Source: an uncultured Verrucomicrobiae bacterium
GTDB taxonomy: Bacteria > Verrucomicrobiota > Verrucomicrobiia > Chthoniobacterales > Chthoniobacteraceae
Direction of reading: 5' to 3'
Assembly (NCBI GenBank): GCA_963836755.1
Contig: CAWIKF010000002.1
Span: forward strand, 1,344,001 to 1,408,000
Length of the DNA stretch: 64,000 nt
Shown: positions 48,719 to 56,823 of the stretch, in pieces
Position numbering within the stretch: position 1 is the stretch's first letter
Layout of the letters: each line of letters begins with the position of its first letter
Position numbers and translations under genes: made by a program
Notes under the pieces: generated by a model
Database searches by the model: none
Told to the model about the DNA's origin: nothing
The model's input: only the letters and a program-made list of their open reading frames with translations

Positions 48719-50101
48719 TCAGAGCAAGCTTCCGCGCAAGATGATCAGCGCGATGTTGAAATAAATCAGCAGCCCCGTCACGTCGACGAGCGTCGCGACG
48801 AGCGGCGCGGACGAGGTCGCCGGGTCGAGCCCGCAGCGGCGCAAAATGAACGGCAGCATCCCGCCGACGAGCGAGCCCCAGAGCACCACGCCGACGAGCG
48901 CGCAGCCGACGACGCTGGCGATATACCAGTGATACGGCCCGAAGTTATGAAAGTGGAGCGCTTGCCAAAGCGAGATACGCAGAAAACCGACGCAGCCCAA
49001 AATCACACCCAGGAAAAATCCGGACAGCAGCTCCTTTCGCATCACGCGAAACCAATCGCGCAACCGCACTTCGCCGACGGCCATTGCGCGGATGATGAGC
49101 GTTGTTGCCTGCGAGCCGGAGTTGCCGCCGCTGGAGATGATTAGCGGCAAAAAAAGCGAAAGCACCGTGGCTTTTGCAACCAAACCTTCGTAGTTTGTCA
49201 TCGCAGTCGTGGTTAACGTTTCGCCGACGAAAAGCAGCACGAGCCACGTCGCCCGTTTTTTCACCATGCGCCAAAGCGAGATTGTGGTGTAGGGCTCGTC
49301 AAGTGCTTCGAGACCGCCCAATTTCTGGATTTCCTCGGTCGCTTTTTCTTCTGCGATGTCGAGCACGTCGTCGATGGTGACGATCCCGACGAGCCGTCCG
49401 TCCGAGTCGACGACCGGCAAAGTCGTGCGGTCGTATTTCTTAAAAATGGCGACCGCGTCACGCTCGAGATCGGTGACTTTTAACGCGATGAATTCCTCGT
49501 CTCGAAGGTCGCGCACTCTCGCCTTGAGCGGCTTCAGCAGGAACTCGCGGATGCGCACGTCGTCGATCAAATTCCCGCGGTCGTCCACGACATAAATCAC
49601 GTTGAGCGTCTCGCTGTCGTTGCCGAATTCGCGGATGTGCGCGAGCACTTCCTGCACCGTCCAGTCGTCATGCACCGCGACGAAATCGGGCGTCATCAAG
49701 CGGCCGATGCTTCCCTCCGGATAGTTCAGCAGCGACTGCGCGATGGCGCGTTCGCCGGGCGAAAGGTCGCGCAGCAGTTGTGTGACTACATTTGACGGAA
49801 GTTCCTCAAGCAGCGCAGTCCGATCATCCGCGGACATCTGGTTGAGGATTTTCGCCGTCTCCTCGAGGCCCATCGCGTGCAGCAGGTTCTTTTGCTGGTC
49901 GATGCGCAGATATTCAAACGTGTCCGTCGCCGTTTGATGCGGCAGCAGGCGAAAGACGATGACCTGCTCGTTTTCCGGCAGCTCTGAAATCAGCTCGGCG
50001 AGATCGGCCGGCGGCCAGTCGGCGAAAACTTCGCGCAAGGCGACAAAGTTCTTGGTCTCGATGAGTTCCTTGATTTCAGGTTCGAAGAGATTGCCGAACA
50101 T
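48719..50101 (-). CDS. mgtE: magnesium transporter
   Basis: CBS pair, SSGGNSGSQ, DPATSSAPLVATLVDVTG. Confidence 0.96.
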   Translation of the reverse strand: MFGNLFEPEIKELIETKNFVALREVFADWPPADLAELISELPENEQVIVFRLLPHQTATDTFEYLRIDQQKNLLHAMGLEETAKILNQMSADDRTALLEELPSNVVTQLLRDLSPGERAIAQSLLNYPEGSIGRLMTPDFVAVHDDWTVQEVLAHIREFGNDSETLNVIYVVDDRGNLIDDVRIREFLLKPLKARVRDLRDEEFIALKVTDLERDAVAIFKKYDRTTLPVVDSDGRLVGIVTIDDVLDIAEEKATEEIQKLGGLEALDEPYTTISLWRMVKKRATWLVLLFVGETLTTTAMTNYEGLVAKATVLSLFLPLIISSGGNSGSQATTLIIRAMAVGEVRLRDWFRVMRKELLSGFFLGVILGCVGFLRISLWQALHFHNFGPYHWYIASVVGCALVGVVLWGSLVGGMLPFILRRCGLDPATSSAPLVATLVDVTGLLIYFNIALIILRGSLL

Positions 50102-50184
50102 GTTGGGTTTCTTGCCGGGGCGGGCGGTAGAAAGCCACACAAAAATTTCGCGGCGGGAAGCACTTCCGCTGCGAGTCGCGCGGA

Positions 50185-51075
50185 TTAGTTTGCGCCGGCC
50201 GCGTGCAGTTCGTCGGCGCTGAAAAAGTTGCACTTTTTCACCAGCTCCTGCCCGCGCTGGCTGAGCATGAAATCGATCACAACTTTCACGTTGAGAGTCG
50301 GCCGGTCATTGACCACGAGATAGAGCGGCTGCGTCATCGCGTATTTTTTCGTGGCAACATTTTTCACCGACGCGTCGATCGCCGCGCCATTCTCGGATAG
50401 CGCGAGTGCGAAACTTTTTTTGCCATCGACCGCGCGCGCGTCGATCAGCGTGATCGCGCCCGGCTGCGAGCTCAAAATTTGCAGCGCCTCGGCGTCGTCG
50501 GCCACGGTCGGGAAATGCGCGGCCGGCAGGCGGCTGGTGTCCGTGGAAATCCATGCGGTGAAAATTTTCCACGCGCTTTGTTCTTCGACCGGATCGTAAA
50601 ACGCGATTTTCTCGTCGGGCCCGCCGAGTTGGCGCCAGTTTTTTGTGGTGGCAAAATAGATCCCGCGCGCATCGGTCCTGGTGATTTGATGCACGCCGTG
50701 TTCCCAGACGTCGGCCGAGACGCCGAACGCGACGACCTGCTCGCCGAGGTAATATTCCGTGAAAGCGACATCGGGATAATCCGAGCGCTCGGTGCCGGAG
50801 ATCGCGTGGGTCGTCATGGCGATTTGAGCGACGCCGTTGCCGAGCGCCGCGATGCCGGCCGCGCCGCCACCCTCGGTGGTGATATCGATTTTCAGACTTT
50901 TTTCCTTTTGAAGGATTTCCGCGGCTTCGCTCATCACGGTGTTGACGACGGGCGAGCCTGCGATTTTCACCTGCGCTTGCGCGGCCGATGCCAGCAGCGC
51001 GAGAAACGCGGCGCCGATTGCGAGCCCACGTGCCGTGCGTGATTTGGGGAGAACGGCGGGCGCTGATTTGTTCAT
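50185..51075 (-). CDS. PstS-family substrate-binding protein
   Basis: IAGSPV, GGGAAGIAAL, KNWRQLGGPD, YAMTQPLY; no permease adjacent. Confidence 0.75.
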   Translation of the reverse strand: MNKSAPAVLPKSRTARGLAIGAAFLALLASAAQAQVKIAGSPVVNTVMSEAAEILQKEKSLKIDITTEGGGAAGIAALGNGVAQIAMTTHAISGTERSDYPDVAFTEYYLGEQVVAFGVSADVWEHGVHQITRTDARGIYFATTKNWRQLGGPDEKIAFYDPVEEQSAWKIFTAWISTDTSRLPAAHFPTVADDAEALQILSSQPGAITLIDARAVDGKKSFALALSENGAAIDASVKNVATKKYAMTQPLYLVVNDRPTLNVKVVIDFMLSQRGQELVKKCNFFSADELHAAGAN

Positions 51076-51154
51076 TCGGCGCGAAAGCTAAAGAGCGCGG
51101 TCGCAAAAGCAAGGCCGGCGCGGCGGATTCGCCGTGCCGGGGGGCGGGTTCGCC

Positions 51155-51322
51155 GAACGGCTGAAAGGAGTAGCCGAATCGCTGGAGGGATTAGGCGGAT
51201 TACTGGAAGGAGCGATCGAATGGCTGGAGGGAGCGATCGAATGGCTGGAAGGAGCCATCGAATGGCTGGAGGGAGTGATTGAATGGCTGGAGGGAGCAAG
51301 CGAATGGCTGGAGGGAGTAGCC
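51155..51322. repeat. 21-bp tandem repeat, 8 units
   Basis: Consensus GAATGGCTGGAGGGAGCGATC; units start at 51155, 51176, 51197, 51218, 51239, 51260, 51281, 51302. Confidence 0.92.
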
Positions 51323-51395
51323 GCACGACCGGAACAGCTTGCGGACACTACTTTACGCAGCAATTCCGGCGCAGGCGCCCCTTTTGTTCTCCTAT

Positions 51396-52025
51396 TTAAA
51401 GGAGACCTGGCGCCGCCAGCCACGTCCGCGCGATCAACATGTGGCCGCTGCTCGACGGATGCACCCCATCGGGCGCCCAATCGATGTCCGCCCGCTCGCG
51501 CCGCGCATCTTCAAAGGCCGCGTGCAGCGGGACGACGAGGATGCCGGGATGTTTCACGGCGATGGCGCGGACGGCGAAAATGTAGGGCTGGAGCTTTTCC
51601 GTGCCCTCGAACGGTTGCGGCGGCCAGATGACGCTCGGCTCGCACAGGATGATCTGGCAGGCGGGCAGCAGCACGCGCGTTTGCGTGACGAGGTCGTCAT
51701 AGACGCGTGTGAAACGCTCGAGATCGACGCCCTCGTTTTTGCCGCCGAGGTTGTGCCAGACGTCGTTGATGCCGATTTTGATGGAAAGAATGTCGGGCGA
51801 ATGGTCGAGCACGTCGCGCTGCCAGCGGTCGGCGAGGTTGGTGACGCGATCGCCGCTGATGCCGGTGTTGACGACGTCGGGCGCGGAGGCGGGATTTTTT
51901 GCGCGCAAATAGTCGCGCACGATCCGCACAAAGCCGTGGCCGACTTTTTCGGGATCTTCGCGACGGCCGCAGTCGGTGATGCTGTCGCCGATGAAGAGAA
52001 GCTTGGTGGTGGCAGTGAGGTTCAC
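51396..52025 (-). CDS. SGNH/GDSL hydrolase
   Basis: FIGDSIT, NTGISG, IGINDV, DGVHP. Confidence 0.93.
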   Translation of the reverse strand: MNLTATTKLLFIGDSITDCGRREDPEKVGHGFVRIVRDYLRAKNPASAPDVVNTGISGDRVTNLADRWQRDVLDHSPDILSIKIGINDVWHNLGGKNEGVDLERFTRVYDDLVTQTRVLLPACQIILCEPSVIWPPQPFEGTEKLQPYIFAVRAIAVKHPGILVVPLHAAFEDARRERADIDWAPDGVHPSSSGHMLIARTWLAAPGLL

Positions 52026-52172
52026 GATTTTTCTGTAAAAACTTTAACGCGCGGAGCGTGACGGTTGCGCCTCTTTTTTGCCAACTCCAATCCTCAGGAT
52101 TCCCCCTAAATGGCGTAAAAGTTACTGCCACTCGCGACCGCCTTGCCTGCCAACCGCGTTCCTTTTTTGCAT

Positions 52173-52541
52173 ATGAAAACCAAAACAATCCTCAGCGCAC
52201 TGGCCGCACTCTCTCTCGGAGCGGGCGTGGCAGTCGCACAGACAAATACACAGACAGACGGAGGCGCGGCCTCCACGACGGGAACGACCGGAGCTGGAAT
52301 TGACACTCCGAGCGGCTCGCCGTCGCCCGGCGGTTCCTCCGGTTCCTCCGGCTCGAGCCACAAAGGCCACGGGAAACATCATCATAAATCGGAGGCGAGT
52401 CCGAGCGCCTCGATGAGCGGCGGCGGCACGGCGGGAGCCGGCGCGACTGACTCCGGCGCGAGTGGCTCCAATGCCACGAGCACTGGCACCAGCGACACGG
52501 GCACTGGCACCGGCACAAACGCCGGCGCAGGCGCGAAGTAA
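52173..52541 (+). CDS. secreted low-complexity G/S/T-rich protein
   Basis: MKTKTILSALAALSLGAGVAVA signal; HKGHGKHHHK patch; own terminator. Confidence 0.75.
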   Translation: MKTKTILSALAALSLGAGVAVAQTNTQTDGGAASTTGTTGAGIDTPSGSPSPGGSSGSSGSSHKGHGKHHHKSEASPSASMSGGGTAGAGATDSGASGSNATSTGTSDTGTGTGTNAGAGAK

Positions 52542-52578
52542 CCGCATTTAATCCAGTCGAATCACCGGCTGTCGAAAC

Positions 52579-52614
52579 AGCGCCCGCGTCGAAAGGCTCG
52601 GGCGCTTTTCTTTT
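52579..52614 (+). terminator. intrinsic terminator
   Basis: AGCGCCCG..GAAA..CGGGCGCT followed by T-rich tail. Confidence 0.75.
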
Positions 52615-52721
52615 CCTCCACGAGCGCGCGGAGCTCTTCGCGATGCGCGAACTAATGTGTGGCAGACCCGCGCATTTTGCGCTTCATTGCGCGTTCCCCG
52701 ACGAAAGCCGGGGCAGCTTTT

Positions 52722-55694
52722 ATGGTCAACTGGCTCTTAAAGAAAATCGTCGGCTCGAAAAACACGAGCGAGATCAAGCGCATGCGCCCGCTCGTGGAGC
52801 AGATCAACGCGCTCGAGGTGAAATTGCAGGGCGTGAGCGACGACGAACTCCGCGCGAAGACGGCGGCGTGGAAAGCCGAGATTTCTGCAATCGAAAACCC
52901 GGACGAGCAGCAGCGGCGGCTCGATGAACTTTTGCCCGAGGCGTTCGCGGTTGTTAAAAATACCGCGCGCAGATTGTGCGGCCGGACGATCAGCATCGTC
53001 GATCATCCGATGACCTGGAATATGGTGCACTTTGACGTGCAGCTCATCGGCGGGATGGTTTTGCACAAAGGCCGAATCGCGGAGATGGCGACGGGCGAAG
53101 GCAAAACCCTCGTGGCGACTTTGCCGCTCTATTTAAATGCGCTCGCCGGCCGCGGTGCGCATCTCGTGACGGTGAATGATTACCTCGCGCGCCGCGATGC
53201 GGAGTGGATGGGGACGCTGTTCAATTTTCTCGGGCTGACCGTCGGCATCATCCAGCACGATCAGCCGCCGGATGTGCGGCGGGCGCAGTATTATTGCGAC
53301 ATCACCTACGGCACGAACTCGGAGTTCGGCTTCGATTACCTGCGCGACAACGGAATGGCGACGACGAAGGAACAGCAGGTGCAGCGCGGCTACTATTTCG
53401 CCATCGTCGATGAAGTCGATTCGATCCTGATCGACGAGGCGCGCACGCCTTTGATCATCAGCGGCCCGGCGACGGTCTCAACGCATCAATACGACAAATT
53501 CAAGCCGCTGGTCGAACAACTCGTCCGCAAACAGACGATGCTTTGCAACCGGCTCGCGAGCGAGGCCGACGAGTTATTTAAACAAGGGAAAAGTCAGGAA
53601 GCGGGCGTGCTGATGTTCAAGGTCAAGCTTGGCCAGCCGCGCAACAAACAATTTTTGCGCTCGATGGAAGATGCGGAAAAGCGGCGCGCAATCGACAAAG
53701 CGGAGCTCTCGTTTTATTCCGACGCGCAAAAAGAGGAGCTTTTCAAACTGAAGGAAGAGCTCTTTTTCACCATCGACGAGCGCGCGCACGAAGCCGATCT
53801 CAGCGAGCAGGGACGCGAGTTTTTAAACCCGGACGAACCGGATGCGTTCGTGCTGCCGGACTTGATGACGCAGTTCGCGGACATCGACAACGCGCCGCTG
53901 ACCGACGCGCAAAAGGCCGAGGAAAAAGCGAAGCGGCAGGCTTACATGGATCACCAGAGCGAGCGCATTCACAACATCTCGCAACTGCTGCGCGCGTATT
54001 GCCTTTTCGAAAAAGATGTCCAATACGTCGTCGAGGAAAACAAGGTGATGATCGTGGACGAATACACCGGTCGCAAAATGCCGGGACGCCGCTGGAGCGA
54101 CGGATTACACCAGGCGGTCGAGGCGAAGGAAGGCGTGCAGATCGACCGCGAAACGCAGACGCTGGCGACGATCACGATCCAGAATTATTTTCGGCTCTAT
54201 TATAAATTGGCGGGCATGACCGGCACCGCGGAGACCGAGGCGAACGAGTTTCACGACATTTACAAACTCGATGTGAACGTGATCCCGACGAACCGGCCGG
54301 TCGCGCGCAAAGACGCGAACGATTTGATTTTCAAAACGCGGCGCGAAAAGTTCAACGCGGTCGTCAACGAGTTGAAAGTCGCGCACGCGAAAGGACAGCC
54401 GGTGCTCGTCGGCACGGTCAGCGTCGAGTCGAGCGAACTGGTTTCGCGGATGCTCAAGCGCGAAAAAATTCCGCACAACGTCCTCAACGCGAAATACCAC
54501 ATGCAGGAGGCCGACATCGTCGCGCGCGCCGGCCAGCCGGGCACGGTGACGATTTCGACGAACATGGCGGGACGCGGCACCGACATCAAACTCGGGCAAG
54601 GCGTCTCGGAAGTCGGCGGACTTTACGTCATCGGCACGGAGCGGCACGAGTCGCGCCGCATCGACCGGCAGTTGCGCGGACGCTGCGCGCGGCAGGGCGA
54701 TCCGGGCACGTCAAAATTTTACGTCTCGTTTGAAGATGATCTCATGCGCAACTTCGGCGCTGCCGATCGCATGACGAAAATCATGGAGCGCTTTGGCATG
54801 AAGGAAGGCGAGGAGCTCGAGCATCCGTGGCTGAACAAAAGTGTCGAGACCGCGCAGAAGCGCGTCGAGCAGCGGAATTATTTGATGCGCAAACGGACGC
54901 TCGAGTTTGACGACGTGATGAACAAGCAGCGCGAAGTCGTTTACGGGTATCGCAACGAAGCGATCGAGAGCGACGATCCGCGGAAGATGATTTTTGAGGT
55001 CATCGATGAAGCGGTTCCAAACAAAGTGCAGGAATATCTCGCTGCCGATGAAGAGGCCGGCCCGAACTACAGCGGTTTGCTGAATTGGGTGAACATGACT
55101 TTCCCGCTCGGCCTCACCGCGGAAAAGGCCGAGTTTGAAAAAAAGACGGTCGAGGAAACGACGGAGTTTCTGGTGAACCGGATCAAAAAATCTTACGAGC
55201 TGAAGTGCCAGCACGAGATGAGCGATGCGGTCAAAAGTCTGGAGCGCTACATTATTTTAAACGCGATCGACCGGCTCTGGCAGGAGCATCTTTACGCGAT
55301 GGATTCGCTGCGCGAGGCAGTTTATTTGCGTGCCTACGGCCAACAGGATCCGCTGGTGGAATACAAGAACGAGGCTTACGAAATGTTCGTCGAGCTGATG
55401 TTGAACATCAAAAATGAAGTGTTAAACAACCTTTTCCGAAGCACTTCCAATCTGTTGGCTTTCGAACAATTCCTGCTCAAGCTACCGCAGCATTTGCTCA
55501 GCGCGGACAACCCCGCCCCGGCAGGCCAGAACATGGGATTAAAAGTCCAAGGTTCGCCGGGCTCGGAAGAGCAGGGCGCCGCGAGCGTCGAGCTGTCGCA
55601 GATCCGCCGCGAGCTGCCGAAGATCGGGCGCAACGATCCGTGTCCGTGCGGGAGCGGGAGAAAGTTCAAGAGCTGCTGCGGCCGCACCGCGTAG
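52722..55694 (+). CDS. secA: preprotein translocase SecA
   Basis: EMATGEGKT, DEVDSILIDEAR, TNMAGRGTDI, GRNDPCPCGSGRKFKSCC. Confidence 0.98.
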   Translation: MVNWLLKKIVGSKNTSEIKRMRPLVEQINALEVKLQGVSDDELRAKTAAWKAEISAIENPDEQQRRLDELLPEAFAVVKNTARRLCGRTISIVDHPMTWNMVHFDVQLIGGMVLHKGRIAEMATGEGKTLVATLPLYLNALAGRGAHLVTVNDYLARRDAEWMGTLFNFLGLTVGIIQHDQPPDVRRAQYYCDITYGTNSEFGFDYLRDNGMATTKEQQVQRGYYFAIVDEVDSILIDEARTPLIISGPATVSTHQYDKFKPLVEQLVRKQTMLCNRLASEADELFKQGKSQEAGVLMFKVKLGQPRNKQFLRSMEDAEKRRAIDKAELSFYSDAQKEELFKLKEELFFTIDERAHEADLSEQGREFLNPDEPDAFVLPDLMTQFADIDNAPLTDAQKAEEKAKRQAYMDHQSERIHNISQLLRAYCLFEKDVQYVVEENKVMIVDEYTGRKMPGRRWSDGLHQAVEAKEGVQIDRETQTLATITIQNYFRLYYKLAGMTGTAETEANEFHDIYKLDVNVIPTNRPVARKDANDLIFKTRREKFNAVVNELKVAHAKGQPVLVGTVSVESSELVSRMLKREKIPHNVLNAKYHMQEADIVARAGQPGTVTISTNMAGRGTDIKLGQGVSEVGGLYVIGTERHESRRIDRQLRGRCARQGDPGTSKFYVSFEDDLMRNFGAADRMTKIMERFGMKEGEELEHPWLNKSVETAQKRVEQRNYLMRKRTLEFDDVMNKQREVVYGYRNEAIESDDPRKMIFEVIDEAVPNKVQEYLAADEEAGPNYSGLLNWVNMTFPLGLTAEKAEFEKKTVEETTEFLVNRIKKSYELKCQHEMSDAVKSLERYIILNAIDRLWQEHLYAMDSLREAVYLRAYGQQDPLVEYKNEAYEMFVELMLNIKNEVLNNLFRSTSNLLAFEQFLLKLPQHLLSADNPAPAGQNMGLKVQGSPGSEEQGAASVELSQIRRELPKIGRNDPCPCGSGRKFKSCCGRTA

Positions 55695-55758
55695 CGCGCG
55701 TTTGATTTTTTAACGCGCCCTAGCAAAGACGCATTGCACCTGCGTCAAACACTTTTGC

Positions 55759-55786
55759 TTGCCGTGGAACAATTTCCGCCTAGATT
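55759..55786 (+). promoter_or_regulatory. sigma70-type promoter of the candidate ncRNA
   Basis: TTGCCG-16 bp-TAGATT ending 7 nt before the first paired base. Confidence 0.45.
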
Positions 55787-55793
55787 CTGCGGC

Positions 55794-55953
55794 GTTGGAC
55801 GCGGGTGCCCTCACTCGGTTTTCCTCGGTTTCTCATGAAGATGTTGATGTTGTCGATCATGTGTCCAGTGCGGAACGTGTTGCTGGCCATGCGGCGAATC
55901 TTCGCGACCATGGCACAGCTGAAAAATCGGATCGAACTGCGGCTGCGTCCAAC
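55794..55953 (+). ncRNA. candidate rod-shaped ncRNA (6S RNA-like)
   Basis: GTTGGACGCGG pairs with CTGCGTCCAAC; nested stems CGGTTTT/AAAATCG, GAAGAT/ATCTTC, CATG/CATG, CCAGT/GCTGG. Confidence 0.5.
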
Positions 55954-56069
55954 TTTCACCGGCGAAGTTTTCCATGCCCGGTCGGGGCCGCGATTCGCGA
56001 TCCCGATTCCGCGATGGAGCTGTGCAAACGCACGCTACGCCATTCACGCAACTCTACTTGGAACCAATC

Positions 56070-56618
56070 ATGAGAACTCAAGACCGACGATCGGGCCACC
56101 ACCACTCTTCGCGTGGCGGCTCGCGTCAACGCAGCAGCAGCGGCGGCCGCTCCAGCAGGCCAGCGCCGCGTCCCGTTAAGTTAACTTTCTGGCAAAAGGT
56201 CGCAGCCTTTTTCACTGGAAAAAAATCCGGAACAGCTCCAGCCGAGAACAGCAACCGGAGCGAGCGCCGGCCGCGTGGAGATCGCTTCGAGCGCGACCAA
56301 TCGCGTCAAAGTCGCAAGCCGGAATTGATCGAGGTGAGCTCACCGAAACTCTACGTCGGCAACCTTTCGTTCGACGCGACGGAGAGCGACCTGTTCGACC
56401 TCTTCAACGGGGTCGGCAGTGTGCAAAACGCGGAAGTCGTGAGCCATAAATACACGCAAAAATCGAAAGGCTTTGCCTTTGTCATCATGGCGAGCATCGA
56501 TGAAGCGAAGCGCGCGGTCGTGGAATTGCACGACAAAGAATTCATGGGCCGCAAGCTCGTGGTGAGCGGCGCGAAGACCAGCGACGCGCGCGGCAGCTCG
56601 AACGGACACGACGAGTAA
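56070..56618 (+). CDS. RRM RNA-binding protein with R/S-rich N-terminal extension
   Basis: LYVGNL (RNP2) and KGFAFV (RNP1). Confidence 0.92.
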   Translation: MRTQDRRSGHHHSSRGGSRQRSSSGGRSSRPAPRPVKLTFWQKVAAFFTGKKSGTAPAENSNRSERRPRGDRFERDQSRQSRKPELIEVSSPKLYVGNLSFDATESDLFDLFNGVGSVQNAEVVSHKYTQKSKGFAFVIMASIDEAKRAVVELHDKEFMGRKLVVSGAKTSDARGSSNGHDE

Positions 56619-56640
56619 AACGCGTTTTCGTCTGCTTTAG

Positions 56641-56677
56641 AAAAGACTCACCGTTTGCGCGGTGAGTCTTTTTTTTT
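56641..56677 (+). terminator. intrinsic terminator
   Basis: AAAAGACTCACCG/CGGTGAGTCTTTT perfect stem plus T run. Confidence 0.85.
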
Positions 56678-56823
56678 CGCGTCGGAATCAATTTTTCAAA
56701 CGCGCCCGCGCAGCAAATTATTTGAGGATAAATACCGCCTTGACGTTTTAGCGGCAATTCCCCATCTATGTCGCCGATTTTCCGCCGAGCTAGCATTCAA
56801 GCGGGTTCGCGATTTTTTTGCAT

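Noticed and set aside
51155..51322. Tandem repeat read as CRISPR
   Set aside because: Contiguous 21-bp units with no unique spacers
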